Shown here in pieces: positions 29,354-38,349 of a DNA stretch of 64,000 nt (its first letter is position 1; every line of letters starts with the position of its first letter). The DNA comes from an uncultured Bacilli bacterium (lineage in GTDB: Bacteria > Bacillota_I > Bacilli_A > RF39 > UBA660), in the NCBI GenBank assembly GCA_910584165.1, contig CAJTZU010000003.1:126576-190575 (forward strand). The letters run 5' to 3'. The notes under the pieces were generated by a model, which made no database searches, was not told the DNA's origin, and worked only from the letters and a program-made list of their open reading frames with translations. The position numbers were made by a program, and so were the translations under genes.

Positions 29354-30521
29354 AAGTGGAATAGATTTATTAAAAGAAAAAGAGAATATATTATTTCCTG
29401 ATTATAATCACTCTATTTTAAGTACAATAACTTCTATTTTAAAATATTATAGTGTAGAAACTCCCTATGTATCATTAGATTTATTAGATAAAAAGTTAGA
29501 GAAGAATTATAAAAATGTTGTTTTGATTGTATTAGATGGCATGGGAAAGAATATATTAGATAATTTACCTAATAATTACTTTAGTAATCATTTATTAGAT
29601 GTTGTTACTTCTGTATATCCTTCTACAACTCCTGCTGCTATGACAACTTATTACTCTGGAAGGCCACCAATAGAAACTGCTTGGATAGCTTGGTCACAGT
29701 ATATGAAAGAATATGGAAGATATCTAGATATTTTTCAAAAAAGAGATTCTTATACTGGAAAAGTATATAATGATATTAAAAAGGACTTATTAGAGATTAT
29801 TGGATATGAACAAATTTATGATAGAATAGAAAATGCATCACAAGATGTGAAAGTTTTTGAAGTTTCACCATCTTATGTATTAAAAAAGTCAAAGAAGTAT
29901 TTAAAAGCAGATACTGTTGATGGGATGGTAGAACATGTAAAGGTACTATGTAGTGCGGAAGGAAGAAAATTTATTTTTTGTTATCAAGATAATCCAGATG
30001 TTTTATTACATATCCATGGAACAAAATCAGAAGAAGTAAAAAATTATTTAATAGAAACAATTGCTAAAGTTGAGGAAATGACTGAAAGTTTAAAAGATAC
30101 TTTAGTAATTGTGACAGCAGACCATGGGCATCAGGATGTAGAAGAAGAATATGATATTAATGATTTTGAAACGTTAAAGGAATGTTTTATTATGCCTCCA
30201 GCACTCGAATCTAGATGCATGACATTTTGGATTAAACCAAAAATGAGAGAATACTTTCAAGAGGAATTTAACAAATGCTTTGGGCATGCTTATGTACTTT
30301 TAACAAAAGAAGAGTTTTTAGAAAATCATTTTTTAGGGTATGGAAAAGAACATAAAAAGGTTGATGATTTTCTTGGTGATTTTGTTGCTTTATCAACTAG
30401 TTCTAGTTCCATTAAGATAACTAATGATTATTATTTTGGAAAAATGAAAAAAGCTTCTACTCATTGTGGACTTACTAAGAATGAAATGTTAGTGCCAATC
30501 ATTACGATAGAAAAGGAATAA
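29331..30521 (+). CDS. Alkaline-phosphatase superfamily protein, type I phosphodiesterase/nucleotide pyrophosphatase (NPP)-like.
   Basis: VLDGMGKN (metal site 1), YPSTTPAAMTTYYSGRPPIETAW (Thr nucleophile block like NPP TKTFPNHY...TGLYPE), VTADHGHQD (metal site 2). Confidence 0.6.
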   Translation: MCGMTMSKSGIDLLKEKENILFPDYNHSILSTITSILKYYSVETPYVSLDLLDKKLEKNYKNVVLIVLDGMGKNILDNLPNNYFSNHLLDVVTSVYPSTTPAAMTTYYSGRPPIETAWIAWSQYMKEYGRYLDIFQKRDSYTGKVYNDIKKDLLEIIGYEQIYDRIENASQDVKVFEVSPSYVLKKSKKYLKADTVDGMVEHVKVLCSAEGRKFIFCYQDNPDVLLHIHGTKSEEVKNYLIETIAKVEEMTESLKDTLVIVTADHGHQDVEEEYDINDFETLKECFIMPPALESRCMTFWIKPKMREYFQEEFNKCFGHAYVLLTKEEFLENHFLGYGKEHKKVDDFLGDFVALSTSSSSIKITNDYYFGKMKKASTHCGLTKNEMLVPIITIEKE

Positions 30522-30525
30522 ATGG

Positions 30526-31083
30526 ATGAAAGAAAAGATAAATGAAATACTACTCTCCGGAAATATTTTAGAAAATATGGACTTTTTATTAAGTGTTATT
30601 CCAGAACTTAAATTTATGGTAGGATTTAACCATAAACATCCCCATCATCATTTAGATGTTTGGAATCATACATTAGAAGTAGTAAGAAATGTAGATAGTG
30701 ATTTAGAGTTAAGAATGGCAGCACTTCTTCATGATGTTGGCAAACCTTTTTCTTATCAAGAAGGGGAAGTTAGACATTTTCATGGTCATCCAGAAGTATC
30801 TGCTAGAATGTCACAGGGCATATTAGAAAGATTACAGTATGATGAAATATTTATACAACATATTTTTTATCTAGTAAAAAATCATGATACACCAATTGAT
30901 CCAGATAATTTAGATAATGAATTTAACTTAGTAGAAAAAAGATTACAATTGCAATATGCGGATGCTTTAGCGCATCATCCTGATAAAGTAAGACAAAGAA
31001 TAGAAAGATTAGATGCTATAAAAGTATCTTTAGATAGTAAGAAACCAAAAGTGAAAGTAATAAGAAAGGAAGATGAAGTATGA
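30526..31083 (+). CDS. HD-domain phosphohydrolase (CCA-enzyme-type HD domain).
   Basis: HPHHHLDVWNHTLEVV ... LLHDVGKP matches the H...HD...H...D signature. Confidence 0.7.
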   Translation: MKEKINEILLSGNILENMDFLLSVIPELKFMVGFNHKHPHHHLDVWNHTLEVVRNVDSDLELRMAALLHDVGKPFSYQEGEVRHFHGHPEVSARMSQGILERLQYDEIFIQHIFYLVKNHDTPIDPDNLDNEFNLVEKRLQLQYADALAHHPDKVRQRIERLDAIKVSLDSKKPKVKVIRKEDEV

Positions 31084-31478
31084 AAGAAATTGATAAAATA
31101 GCGTTTATTTATTTAAAAGATAAGAAAATATTATCTACCTTATCAAAAGGAAAGGATGCCTACTATATTCCAGGAGGGAAAAGAGATGGCAATGAGACTG
31201 ATGAAGAAACTTTAATTCGTGAGTGCAAAGAAGAGCTTACCATTGATATCAAAAAAGATACGATAAAATATTATGGAACTTTTAAAGCACAAGCTCATGG
31301 AAAAGCTGAGGGAATTATTGTGAAAATGACTTGCTATGAAGCAGAGTTTGATGGAAATTTAGAAGCTGATAGTGAGATTCAAGAAGTGGTATGGTTAGAG
31401 TACAAAGACTTAGATAAGATTTCGCCAGTAGATAAATTGATTTTTCAAGATTTACATGATAAAGGATTATTAGATTAA
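31080..31478 (+). CDS. NUDIX hydrolase.
   Basis: Nudix box PGGKRDGNETDEETLIRECKEELTIDI. ATGA overlap with the HD gene. Confidence 0.75.
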   Translation: MKEIDKIAFIYLKDKKILSTLSKGKDAYYIPGGKRDGNETDEETLIRECKEELTIDIKKDTIKYYGTFKAQAHGKAEGIIVKMTCYEAEFDGNLEADSEIQEVVWLEYKDLDKISPVDKLIFQDLHDKGLLD

Positions 31479-31514
31479 TCCTTTTTTTTATGTTATAATG
31501 GAATAGGTGATAGT

Positions 31515-32381
31515 ATGGAATTAATACATGTAAAAGGAAATACTTATTATATAAAGAATGCTACTAACATTGGTGTTTATAAAATAGATGAGAATAGTGT
31601 TTATCTAATAGATACAGGAAATGATTCTGATGCTGGAAAGAAGATATTAAAATTATTAGAACAAGAAAATTTAAAAGTAATGGGAATTATCAATACGCAT
31701 TCTAATGCTGACCATGTTGGTGGAAATAAAGTTATTCAAGATAGAACTGGATGTCAAATATTAGGCTATGGAATTGAAAAAAGTATTACAGAATATCCTT
31801 TATTAGAACCTTCCTTCTTATATGGAGGCTATCCTTTTAAAGAACTAAAAAATAAATTTTTATATGCAAAGCCTTCTATTGTTAAAGATATTGATAGTAA
31901 TCTTCCTAAAGGATTAGAATATTTTTTCTTACGGGGACATTTTTTTGATATGATTGGTATTAAAACAGATGATAATGTTTATTTTTTAGGTGATTCTTTA
32001 TTTAGTGAAGAAACAATTACGAAATATCATGTATCCTTTTTATATGATGTAAGAGAATTTTTGAATACTTTAGATTATTTAAATACCTTGGAAGGAATCT
32101 ATATTCCCTCTCATGTAGAAATGACTACAGATATTACTTCCTTAATTGAAAAGAATAGAAAAAATGTAGAAGAAGTATTAGAAGTTATTTATCATTATTG
32201 TCAAGAAAGTACCATGGAAGAGATTATGAAAAGAGTATTTGAGCACTATGGATTAGTAATGAATATTAGTCAATATGTACTAATTGGAAGTACTATTAAA
32301 TCTTATTTATCTTATCTTTATGAAGAAAATAGAATTACTTATGAATTTATTGATAATAGAATGATTTGGAAAAGAGTATGA
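31515..32381 (+). CDS. MBL-fold metallo-hydrolase.
   Basis: INTHSNADHVGGN (HxHxDH motif). 288 aa. Confidence 0.75.
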   Translation: MELIHVKGNTYYIKNATNIGVYKIDENSVYLIDTGNDSDAGKKILKLLEQENLKVMGIINTHSNADHVGGNKVIQDRTGCQILGYGIEKSITEYPLLEPSFLYGGYPFKELKNKFLYAKPSIVKDIDSNLPKGLEYFFLRGHFFDMIGIKTDDNVYFLGDSLFSEETITKYHVSFLYDVREFLNTLDYLNTLEGIYIPSHVEMTTDITSLIEKNRKNVEEVLEVIYHYCQESTMEEIMKRVFEHYGLVMNISQYVLIGSTIKSYLSYLYEENRITYEFIDNRMIWKRV

Positions 32382-32391
32382 AAGCAGTAAA

Positions 32392-32877
32392 ATGGTTGAG
32401 TTTTTGTACTGTATTTTGATAGTTTTAATATTTCTGATAGGCTTTCTTTTTAAAATGTCTTCCTCAAAATATATTAAAAAAGAAATTGGGATTGATATTT
32501 CTTCTTGTGAAATTATAAAAGATTTAGATACTCACGGTGGGTGTATGGGGGGTGGTTCCTACTTATTAGTAGCAGATTGTGAAAAAGTTAGAGGAGATAT
32601 TTTGCAACAAATGAGTAATTGAAAAAAATTTCCTTTATCAGAAAATCTTCAACTAGAAATTTATGGTGGAGAAAAAGATGGAGTTACTTTTGCTTCCAAT
32701 GACTATGCTTCTATTCCTAAAATAGAAAACGGTTATTATTATTTTTATAATAGACATCATGAAGCAAAGAGTGCTTTTAGTGATGAAGATTTATTTGATA
32801 ATTTTTCTTATAATTATACAGTTTCTTTCTATGATGAAGATACGAATTTCTTCTATTACTTTGAAATGGATACTTAA
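32392..32877 (+). pseudogene. Small membrane-anchored protein gene interrupted by an in-frame TGA at 32620-32622. Either a nonsense pseudogene or a 76-aa protein plus an untranslated remnant.
   Basis: ORF 32392..32622 and the next 84 codons (32623..32874, stop TAA 32875-32877) are in the same frame. The distal part has good coding character (KKFPLSENLQLEIYGGEKDGVTFASNDYASIPK...) but no in-frame start codon. Confidence 0.35.
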
Positions 32878-32888
32878 AAAGGTGATTT

Positions 32889-33632
32889 ATGAAAAAAAAG
32901 AGAATGAAAAAAGTTCAAAATTTATGGTGTAGCTTTTTATTGATTGCTATATTTACTATTTTCCAACTTTATCAAAATCATATAAAGGATGCCAGTGCTA
33001 CATTAAAGAAATCGTCAAATATAAATTCAGTTCCTTCTTATTCTTTAAATGATATTCCAACTTATAATGGGGAACTTTCTATTATAATTGATAATAACAT
33101 ACCGCTTTTTAAGGAAGAAGATTATACGAATAAAAGTTTTGAAATTTATAGCGAATTAGATTCACTAGGAAGAGTTGGAACTGCTTTTGCTAATGTTGGG
33201 ATGGATTTAATGCCAACTGAAAAAAGAGGAAGCATTGGAATGGTTAAACCAAGTGGTTGGCACACTGTAAAATATGATATAGTAGATGGAAAATATTTAT
33301 ATAATCGATGTCATTTAATTGGATATCAATTAACAGGGGAAAATGCGAATGAAAAAAATTTAATGACTTGCACGAGAGCGATGAATACAATTGGTATGTT
33401 ACCATTTGAAAATCGAGTAGCAGAATACATTAAGGAAACTAAAAATCATGTTCTTTATCGTGTAACTCCTATTTATGAGAACGATAATTTGTTAGCAAAT
33501 GGAGTAATTATAGAAGCTAGTTCTGTAGAAGATAGAGGTTCTAGTTTACAATTTTATGTATATGTCTATAATGCTCAGGAAGGTATTGAAATAAATTATC
33601 AAACAGGAGAAAGTAAATTGAAAGGGGATTAG
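32889..33632 (+). CDS. Secreted DNA/RNA non-specific endonuclease (EndA/streptodornase-like).
   Basis: Signal peptide. NRCHLIGYQLTGENANEKNLMTCTRAMN resembles the D/NRxH...N active-site block of DNA-entry and sugar-non-specific nucleases. Confidence 0.5.
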   Translation: MKKKRMKKVQNLWCSFLLIAIFTIFQLYQNHIKDASATLKKSSNINSVPSYSLNDIPTYNGELSIIIDNNIPLFKEEDYTNKSFEIYSELDSLGRVGTAFANVGMDLMPTEKRGSIGMVKPSGWHTVKYDIVDGKYLYNRCHLIGYQLTGENANEKNLMTCTRAMNTIGMLPFENRVAEYIKETKNHVLYRVTPIYENDNLLANGVIIEASSVEDRGSSLQFYVYVYNAQEGIEINYQTGESKLKGD

Positions 33633-33785
33633 AAAACTAATTCTTTTTTTGTCACTTAGAAGTCACTTTCCTTTTCTATAATTACTTTGTAGAGTGTTTA
33701 AGTCTATTTTTGAAGAAAAAAGTATCAAAGAATAGTAAAATATAAGAGAAAAAGTGTTATTTTATAAGTTATTATAAGAAAAATG

Positions 33786-33794
33786 TGCTATAAT
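33786..33794 (+). promoter_or_regulatory. Extended -10 element TGTGCTATAAT for the dlt-like operon.
   Basis: TGnTATAAT lies 37 nt upstream of the ATG at 33831. It is read as 'MCYN' by the ORF finder. Confidence 0.45.
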
Positions 33795-33830
33795 GGCTTT
33801 GGAATAGCAAATGAAAAAGAAGGAAGTGGC

Positions 33831-35348
33831 ATGATGTATAACATAATTGATTATTTAGAACAATCTGCTACCAGATATAAGGATAAAATAGCGGTTATAG
33901 AAGAGGATAAACAAATTACGTATTCTAATTTGCAAAATAGTAGTAAAGTTGTAGGTTCTTATTTTGCTGAGCAAAAAGTATTTAATGAGCCTATTCTTGT
34001 ATTTATGGATAAAGGAATTGATACCTTAATTACTTTTTTTGGAATTGTTTATGCAGGATGTTATTATTCGTTAATAAATCCAGAATTACCAGAAAATAGA
34101 ATTAACCAAATAAAAAATGTGACTGGCGCTAGATTTGTTGTTACAGATGATGAGCATCAGGAATTGGCGAGTACTTATTTTAAAGATATTCAAGTAAAAA
34201 ATGTAAAAAAATTAAAACAAGGTAACTTAAATGAAGCCGCTTTATTAGAGGCTAGGATAAATCATATTGATTATGACCCATTATATGTTAACTTTACTTC
34301 TGGTTCAACGGGGGTACCAAAAGGTGTAGTTATTTCTCACCGCTCTGTCATTGATTTCATTGATAAATTTACAGAAATTTTTCACTTTCATGAAAATGAG
34401 CGAATTGCAAATCAAGCGCCATTTGATTTTGATGTATCCGTAAAAGATATTTATTCAAGTATTAAAGTAGGAGCTACTTTGGTTATTGTGCCAAAGAAAT
34501 ATTTTTCCACTCCATCTGCATTACTAGATTATTTATGTGATAATGAAGTAACAACGATGACTTGGGCAGTATCCGCTTTATGTTTGATTACTACTTTTCA
34601 TGGATTAGATTATAAAGTTCCTACTACTGTTGAAAAAATTATCTTTAGTGGAGAAGTAATGCCACTAAAGCATTTGAAACAATGGATGGAACATTTACCG
34701 AATACGATGTTTGTTAATATTTATGGTCCTACTGAGATAACCTGTAATTGTACTTATCATATCATTGATCGAAATCGTGAGTATGATGATAAAATACCAA
34801 TTGGCAAAGCATTCCCAAACGAGAGAGTAATTCTTTTAGATGATGAGAATAATGAAGTTCATGAACCAAATAAAGTAGGAGAGTTGTGTGTAGCAGGTAC
34901 CTCTTTGGCGCTCGGTTATTATAATAATGAAGAACAAACTAGTAAGCATTTTGTTCAAAATCCTAATATTAAAAACTATATTGAATATATTTATCGTACA
35001 GGTGATTTGGCTTATTACAATAAAGAGGGAGAACTTGTATTTAATGGTCGAAAGGATTTTCAAATTAAATACCTAGGTCATCGTATTGAATTAGAAGAAA
35101 TTGATAAAGCTATTATGGAATATGATGAAGTTATTAGAAGTTGCACTATTTTTGATGAGGAAAAGTCAAAAGTATATGGATTTTATATTGGTGATATTTC
35201 TAAAAAAGATTTACATGCAAAATTACGTAGTGCACTACCAGCTTATATGATACCAACTGTTTTAGTTCAAATGGAAGAATTTCCAATGACAAAAAATGGC
35301 AAAATAGATAGAAAAAAACTAATGGAATTAAAGGATGTGAAGAAGTAA
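33831..35348 (+). CDS. DltA-like carrier-protein ligase (adenylate-forming enzyme, AMP-binding superfamily).
   Basis: The ATG at 33831 follows AAGGAAGTGG. The track ORF starts at 33783, inside the promoter. Core motifs NFTSGSTGVPKGVVISH (A3), YGPTE (A5), YRTGDL (A8), GRKDFQIKYLGHRIELEEI (A10-like). About 505 aa, the typical DltA size. Confidence 0.8.
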   Translation: MMYNIIDYLEQSATRYKDKIAVIEEDKQITYSNLQNSSKVVGSYFAEQKVFNEPILVFMDKGIDTLITFFGIVYAGCYYSLINPELPENRINQIKNVTGARFVVTDDEHQELASTYFKDIQVKNVKKLKQGNLNEAALLEARINHIDYDPLYVNFTSGSTGVPKGVVISHRSVIDFIDKFTEIFHFHENERIANQAPFDFDVSVKDIYSSIKVGATLVIVPKKYFSTPSALLDYLCDNEVTTMTWAVSALCLITTFHGLDYKVPTTVEKIIFSGEVMPLKHLKQWMEHLPNTMFVNIYGPTEITCNCTYHIIDRNREYDDKIPIGKAFPNERVILLDDENNEVHEPNKVGELCVAGTSLALGYYNNEEQTSKHFVQNPNIKNYIEYIYRTGDLAYYNKEGELVFNGRKDFQIKYLGHRIELEEIDKAIMEYDEVIRSCTIFDEEKSKVYGFYIGDISKKDLHAKLRSALPAYMIPTVLVQMEEFPMTKNGKIDRKKLMELKDVKK

Positions 35349-36508
35349 TGGATTATGAGAAGTTAATACAAGAACATGGAACTCCAACATACCTTTATGA
35401 TATCGAAACACTTATTAATCGTGTTAATTACTTAAAAAGCAAATTCGATGATGAAATTCACATGGTTTACGCTGTTAAGGCAAATACTTTTATTGCAAAA
35501 GAATTAGAACAAGATGTAGAGCGTTATGAAATCTGTTCTCCGGGAGAATTTAGAATATGCAATAATCTTTCTATTGATAGAAAGAAAATGGTAATTTCAG
35601 GCGTTTATAAGGACTATGAAACAATTGAAAATATGATTTCTAGTTATGATGATATTGGAAAATATACTATTGAGTCCGTTTCTCAATATGAATTATTAAA
35701 AGAACTTACTAGAAAGTATGAGCGACATATTCATATTTTAATTCGTCTAACATCAGGCAATCAATTTGGTGTCAATGAAGAAGAATTTTTAACTATTTTA
35801 AAAGATAAAAACGAGTTTATTATGGTAGATGGAATTGAATACTTTTCAGGTACCCAAAAACATTCTATTAAAAAAATTAATAGAGAAGTTGATTACTTAG
35901 TGGAATTTATAAGTAAGTTGGAAAGTTCTTTAGGAATATCTTTAAAAGAGGTAGAATTCGGACCAGGGTTACCAGTTTTTTACTTTCAAGATGATGAATT
36001 TGATGAAGAAGAATTTTTAACAGAAGTAAACTTAGCTCTTCGCAAAATGAAAGGAAAGGTTATTTCTTTGGAAATAGGGCGTAGTATTGCTGCTAGTTGT
36101 GGTACTTATCTCACGAAAGTAGTAGATATGAAGAGTAATAAAAATGGAAATTTTACATTGGTAGATGGTGGTATTCATCAACTCGTTTATTATGGTCAAA
36201 CAATGGCTATGAGAATTCCTTTTTTTGATGTAATGCCAAAAAGGGATGGAGAGCTAAATACGTATAATTTATATGGTTCTTTATGTACTATCAATGATAT
36301 TTTAGTGAAAAATATCACTGTTCCAAAGTTAGAAATAGGGGATGTTTTCCTATTTAAAAATGTTGGTGCTTATTCATCAACAGAAGGTATTTCTTTATTT
36401 TTAAGTAGAGATTTACCAAAAGTATTAATTTGTAGTAGAGATAAAAAAATTAGTGTTGTTAGGGATAGAATAAAAACAAGTGAATTAAATTTCCCTAACT
36501 ATCAATAG
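35348..36508 (+). CDS. PLP-dependent decarboxylase of the Orn/DAP/Arg decarboxylase (fold III, LysA-like) family.
   Basis: N-terminal TIM-barrel with YAVKAN (PLP-Lys block), C-terminal beta-domain with NVGAYSS (GAY motif). ATGG overlap with the ligase gene. Confidence 0.75.
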   Translation: MDYEKLIQEHGTPTYLYDIETLINRVNYLKSKFDDEIHMVYAVKANTFIAKELEQDVERYEICSPGEFRICNNLSIDRKKMVISGVYKDYETIENMISSYDDIGKYTIESVSQYELLKELTRKYERHIHILIRLTSGNQFGVNEEEFLTILKDKNEFIMVDGIEYFSGTQKHSIKKINREVDYLVEFISKLESSLGISLKEVEFGPGLPVFYFQDDEFDEEEFLTEVNLALRKMKGKVISLEIGRSIAASCGTYLTKVVDMKSNKNGNFTLVDGGIHQLVYYGQTMAMRIPFFDVMPKRDGELNTYNLYGSLCTINDILVKNITVPKLEIGDVFLFKNVGAYSSTEGISLFLSRDLPKVLICSRDKKISVVRDRIKTSELNFPNYQ

Positions 36509-36521
36509 GAGTGTGTTTAAA

Positions 36522-36749
36522 ATGGAAAAATTAATTGAAATATTAGAAAGTTTACAACCAGATGTAGATTATGAAACAACAGAAAATTTAATTGACGGAA
36601 GATATTTAGATTCGCTAACAATCTTATCTTTAGTGGCTGAGATAGAAGAAGAATTCGATGTTGAGATTCCAACAGTAGAGATTATTCCAGCCAATTTTAA
36701 TTCTGCAAAAAAAATATATGAGATGATTGAGAGATTAAGAGAAGAATAG
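36522..36749 (+). CDS. Small carrier protein (DltC/acyl-carrier-protein like).
   Basis: 75 aa. YLDSLTILSLVAEIEEEFDVEI carries the phosphopantetheine-attachment DSL motif. The ATG at 36522 follows AGGAGTG. The track start at 36513 is GTG. Confidence 0.75.
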   Translation: MEKLIEILESLQPDVDYETTENLIDGRYLDSLTILSLVAEIEEEFDVEIPTVEIIPANFNSAKKIYEMIERLREE

Positions 36750-36759
36750 AGGATTTATA

Positions 36760-38349
36760 ATGAATTACTTTGATTTAACTTATATTTTTCTTTTCTTACC
36801 AATTGTCATTATTGTTTATAATATAATGCCAAAAAAGATTAAACCTGCTATTTTGTTATTAGCAAGTTTTGTCTTCTTTTTTATGATTAGTAAGTTTTTG
36901 ATTGCCTTTTTACTTTTATCTATCTTATCGGTTTATTTAGGCACAAGATGGATGTCAAAGGTTGATAGGAAACGTGATGAAGTTTTAGAGAGTACTGAAA
37001 AAGAACAAAAAAAAGAAATTAAAAATAAGTATAGGCGAAGAAAAAAATTAATATTAATTTTAGTAATATTATTTAATATTACTTTTCTATTTGCTTTTAA
37101 ATATTTAAAGTTCTTTACTTTAAATACTAATTTTTTACTAAATTGTATGCATGTTGGATGGAGAATAAAAGTATTTAAATTTATGGCCCCAATTGGAATT
37201 TCTTATTATACTTTACAAGCCATATCGTATATAGTAGATGTTTATCAAGAAAAAGTAGAAGCAGATAAAAATATTATAAGAGTCTCTTTATATTTATCTT
37301 TTTTTCCACAGATTATGGAAGGACCTATTGCTAGATATAGTCAAACAGCACATGCTTTATATGAGCGTGTTAGAGTGAATTTTCAAAATTTTTGCTTCGG
37401 TTATCAACGTATCTTATATGGCCTTTTTAAAAAGTTTGTTATAGCAGATAGATTAAATGTAGTAGTGGGAAAAATATTTAGTAATTATCAAAATTATGAT
37501 GGTATTACCATTTTTATGGGGATTGCTTTTTATACGTTATTACTTTATATGGAATTTTCTGGCACAATGGATGTTGTAATTGGTAGTGGAGAAATCTTTA
37601 ATGTAAAAATACCTGAGAACTTTAGACAGCCTTTTTTCGCCAAAAACATATCAGAGTTTTGGACAAGATGGCATATTAGTTTAGGTGCTTGGTTTAAAGA
37701 CTATATTTTCTATCCTGTTTCTTTGTCAAAGCCAATGAAGAAATTGACGATGAGGGCAAGAAAAGGATTAGGAAATCATTTAGGGGCTTTAATTAGTGGC
37801 GCTATTGCTCTGTTTGCTGTTTGGTTTTTAAATGGATTATGGCATGGTGCAGGGTGGACTTTTCTATTTTATGGTTTATATCAATTTACCTTAATATTAA
37901 GTGGTAATATAGCAGAACCATTTATAAAAGATTTATGCACAAAATTAAAAATTAATCGCCAAAATATTGCTTATCGAATTTTTCAATCTGTAAAAATGAC
38001 TTTTTTTGTATTCATTGGAGAGCTATTTTTTAGAGCTCCTACTTTAGAAGTAGGATTTGGAATGTTAAAAATGATGTTTACGAAGATTCATATTTCAACT
38101 CTTTGGAATGGCAATTTATTTAAGTTAGGCATGGATAAAAAAGATTTCTTAATTGTCTTTTTAGCCCTTATAGTCATTTTTATAGTCAGTATTTTACGAG
38201 AGAAGAATATTAATATTCGCGAAAGTATCAGTAAGAAAAATATTGGTATTCGCTGGTTAATTTATTATGCTCTTATTTTAGCGATTATTATATTTGGAGC
38301 TTATGGACCAGGTTATATTCCAGTAGATCCAATTTATGCAGACTTCTAG
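36760..38349 (+). CDS. MBOAT-family membrane O-acyltransferase, DltB-like.
   Basis: Multi-TM protein with FWTRWHISLGAWFKDYIFYPV and a conserved His block. 529 aa. Follows the carrier gene by 10 nt. Confidence 0.85.
   Translation: MNYFDLTYIFLFLPIVIIVYNIMPKKIKPAILLLASFVFFFMISKFLIAFLLLSILSVYLGTRWMSKVDRKRDEVLESTEKEQKKEIKNKYRRRKKLILILVILFNITFLFAFKYLKFFTLNTNFLLNCMHVGWRIKVFKFMAPIGISYYTLQAISYIVDVYQEKVEADKNIIRVSLYLSFFPQIMEGPIARYSQTAHALYERVRVNFQNFCFGYQRILYGLFKKFVIADRLNVVVGKIFSNYQNYDGITIFMGIAFYTLLLYMEFSGTMDVVIGSGEIFNVKIPENFRQPFFAKNISEFWTRWHISLGAWFKDYIFYPVSLSKPMKKLTMRARKGLGNHLGALISGAIALFAVWFLNGLWHGAGWTFLFYGLYQFTLILSGNIAEPFIKDLCTKLKINRQNIAYRIFQSVKMTFFVFIGELFFRAPTLEVGFGMLKMMFTKIHISTLWNGNLFKLGMDKKDFLIVFLALIVIFIVSILREKNINIRESISKKNIGIRWLIYYALILAIIIFGAYGPGYIPVDPIYADF

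Noticed and set aside
32620-32622. Possibility that TGA is a sense codon (genetic code 4 or 25), which would explain the in-frame TGA.
   Set aside because: TGA terminates many genes here, including ATGA start/stop overlaps at 26501-26504 and 31080-31083 that are diagnostic of TGA stop usage. So standard code 11 applies.
34836-35063. Minus-strand ORF inside the DltA-like gene.
   Set aside because: Antisense shadow.
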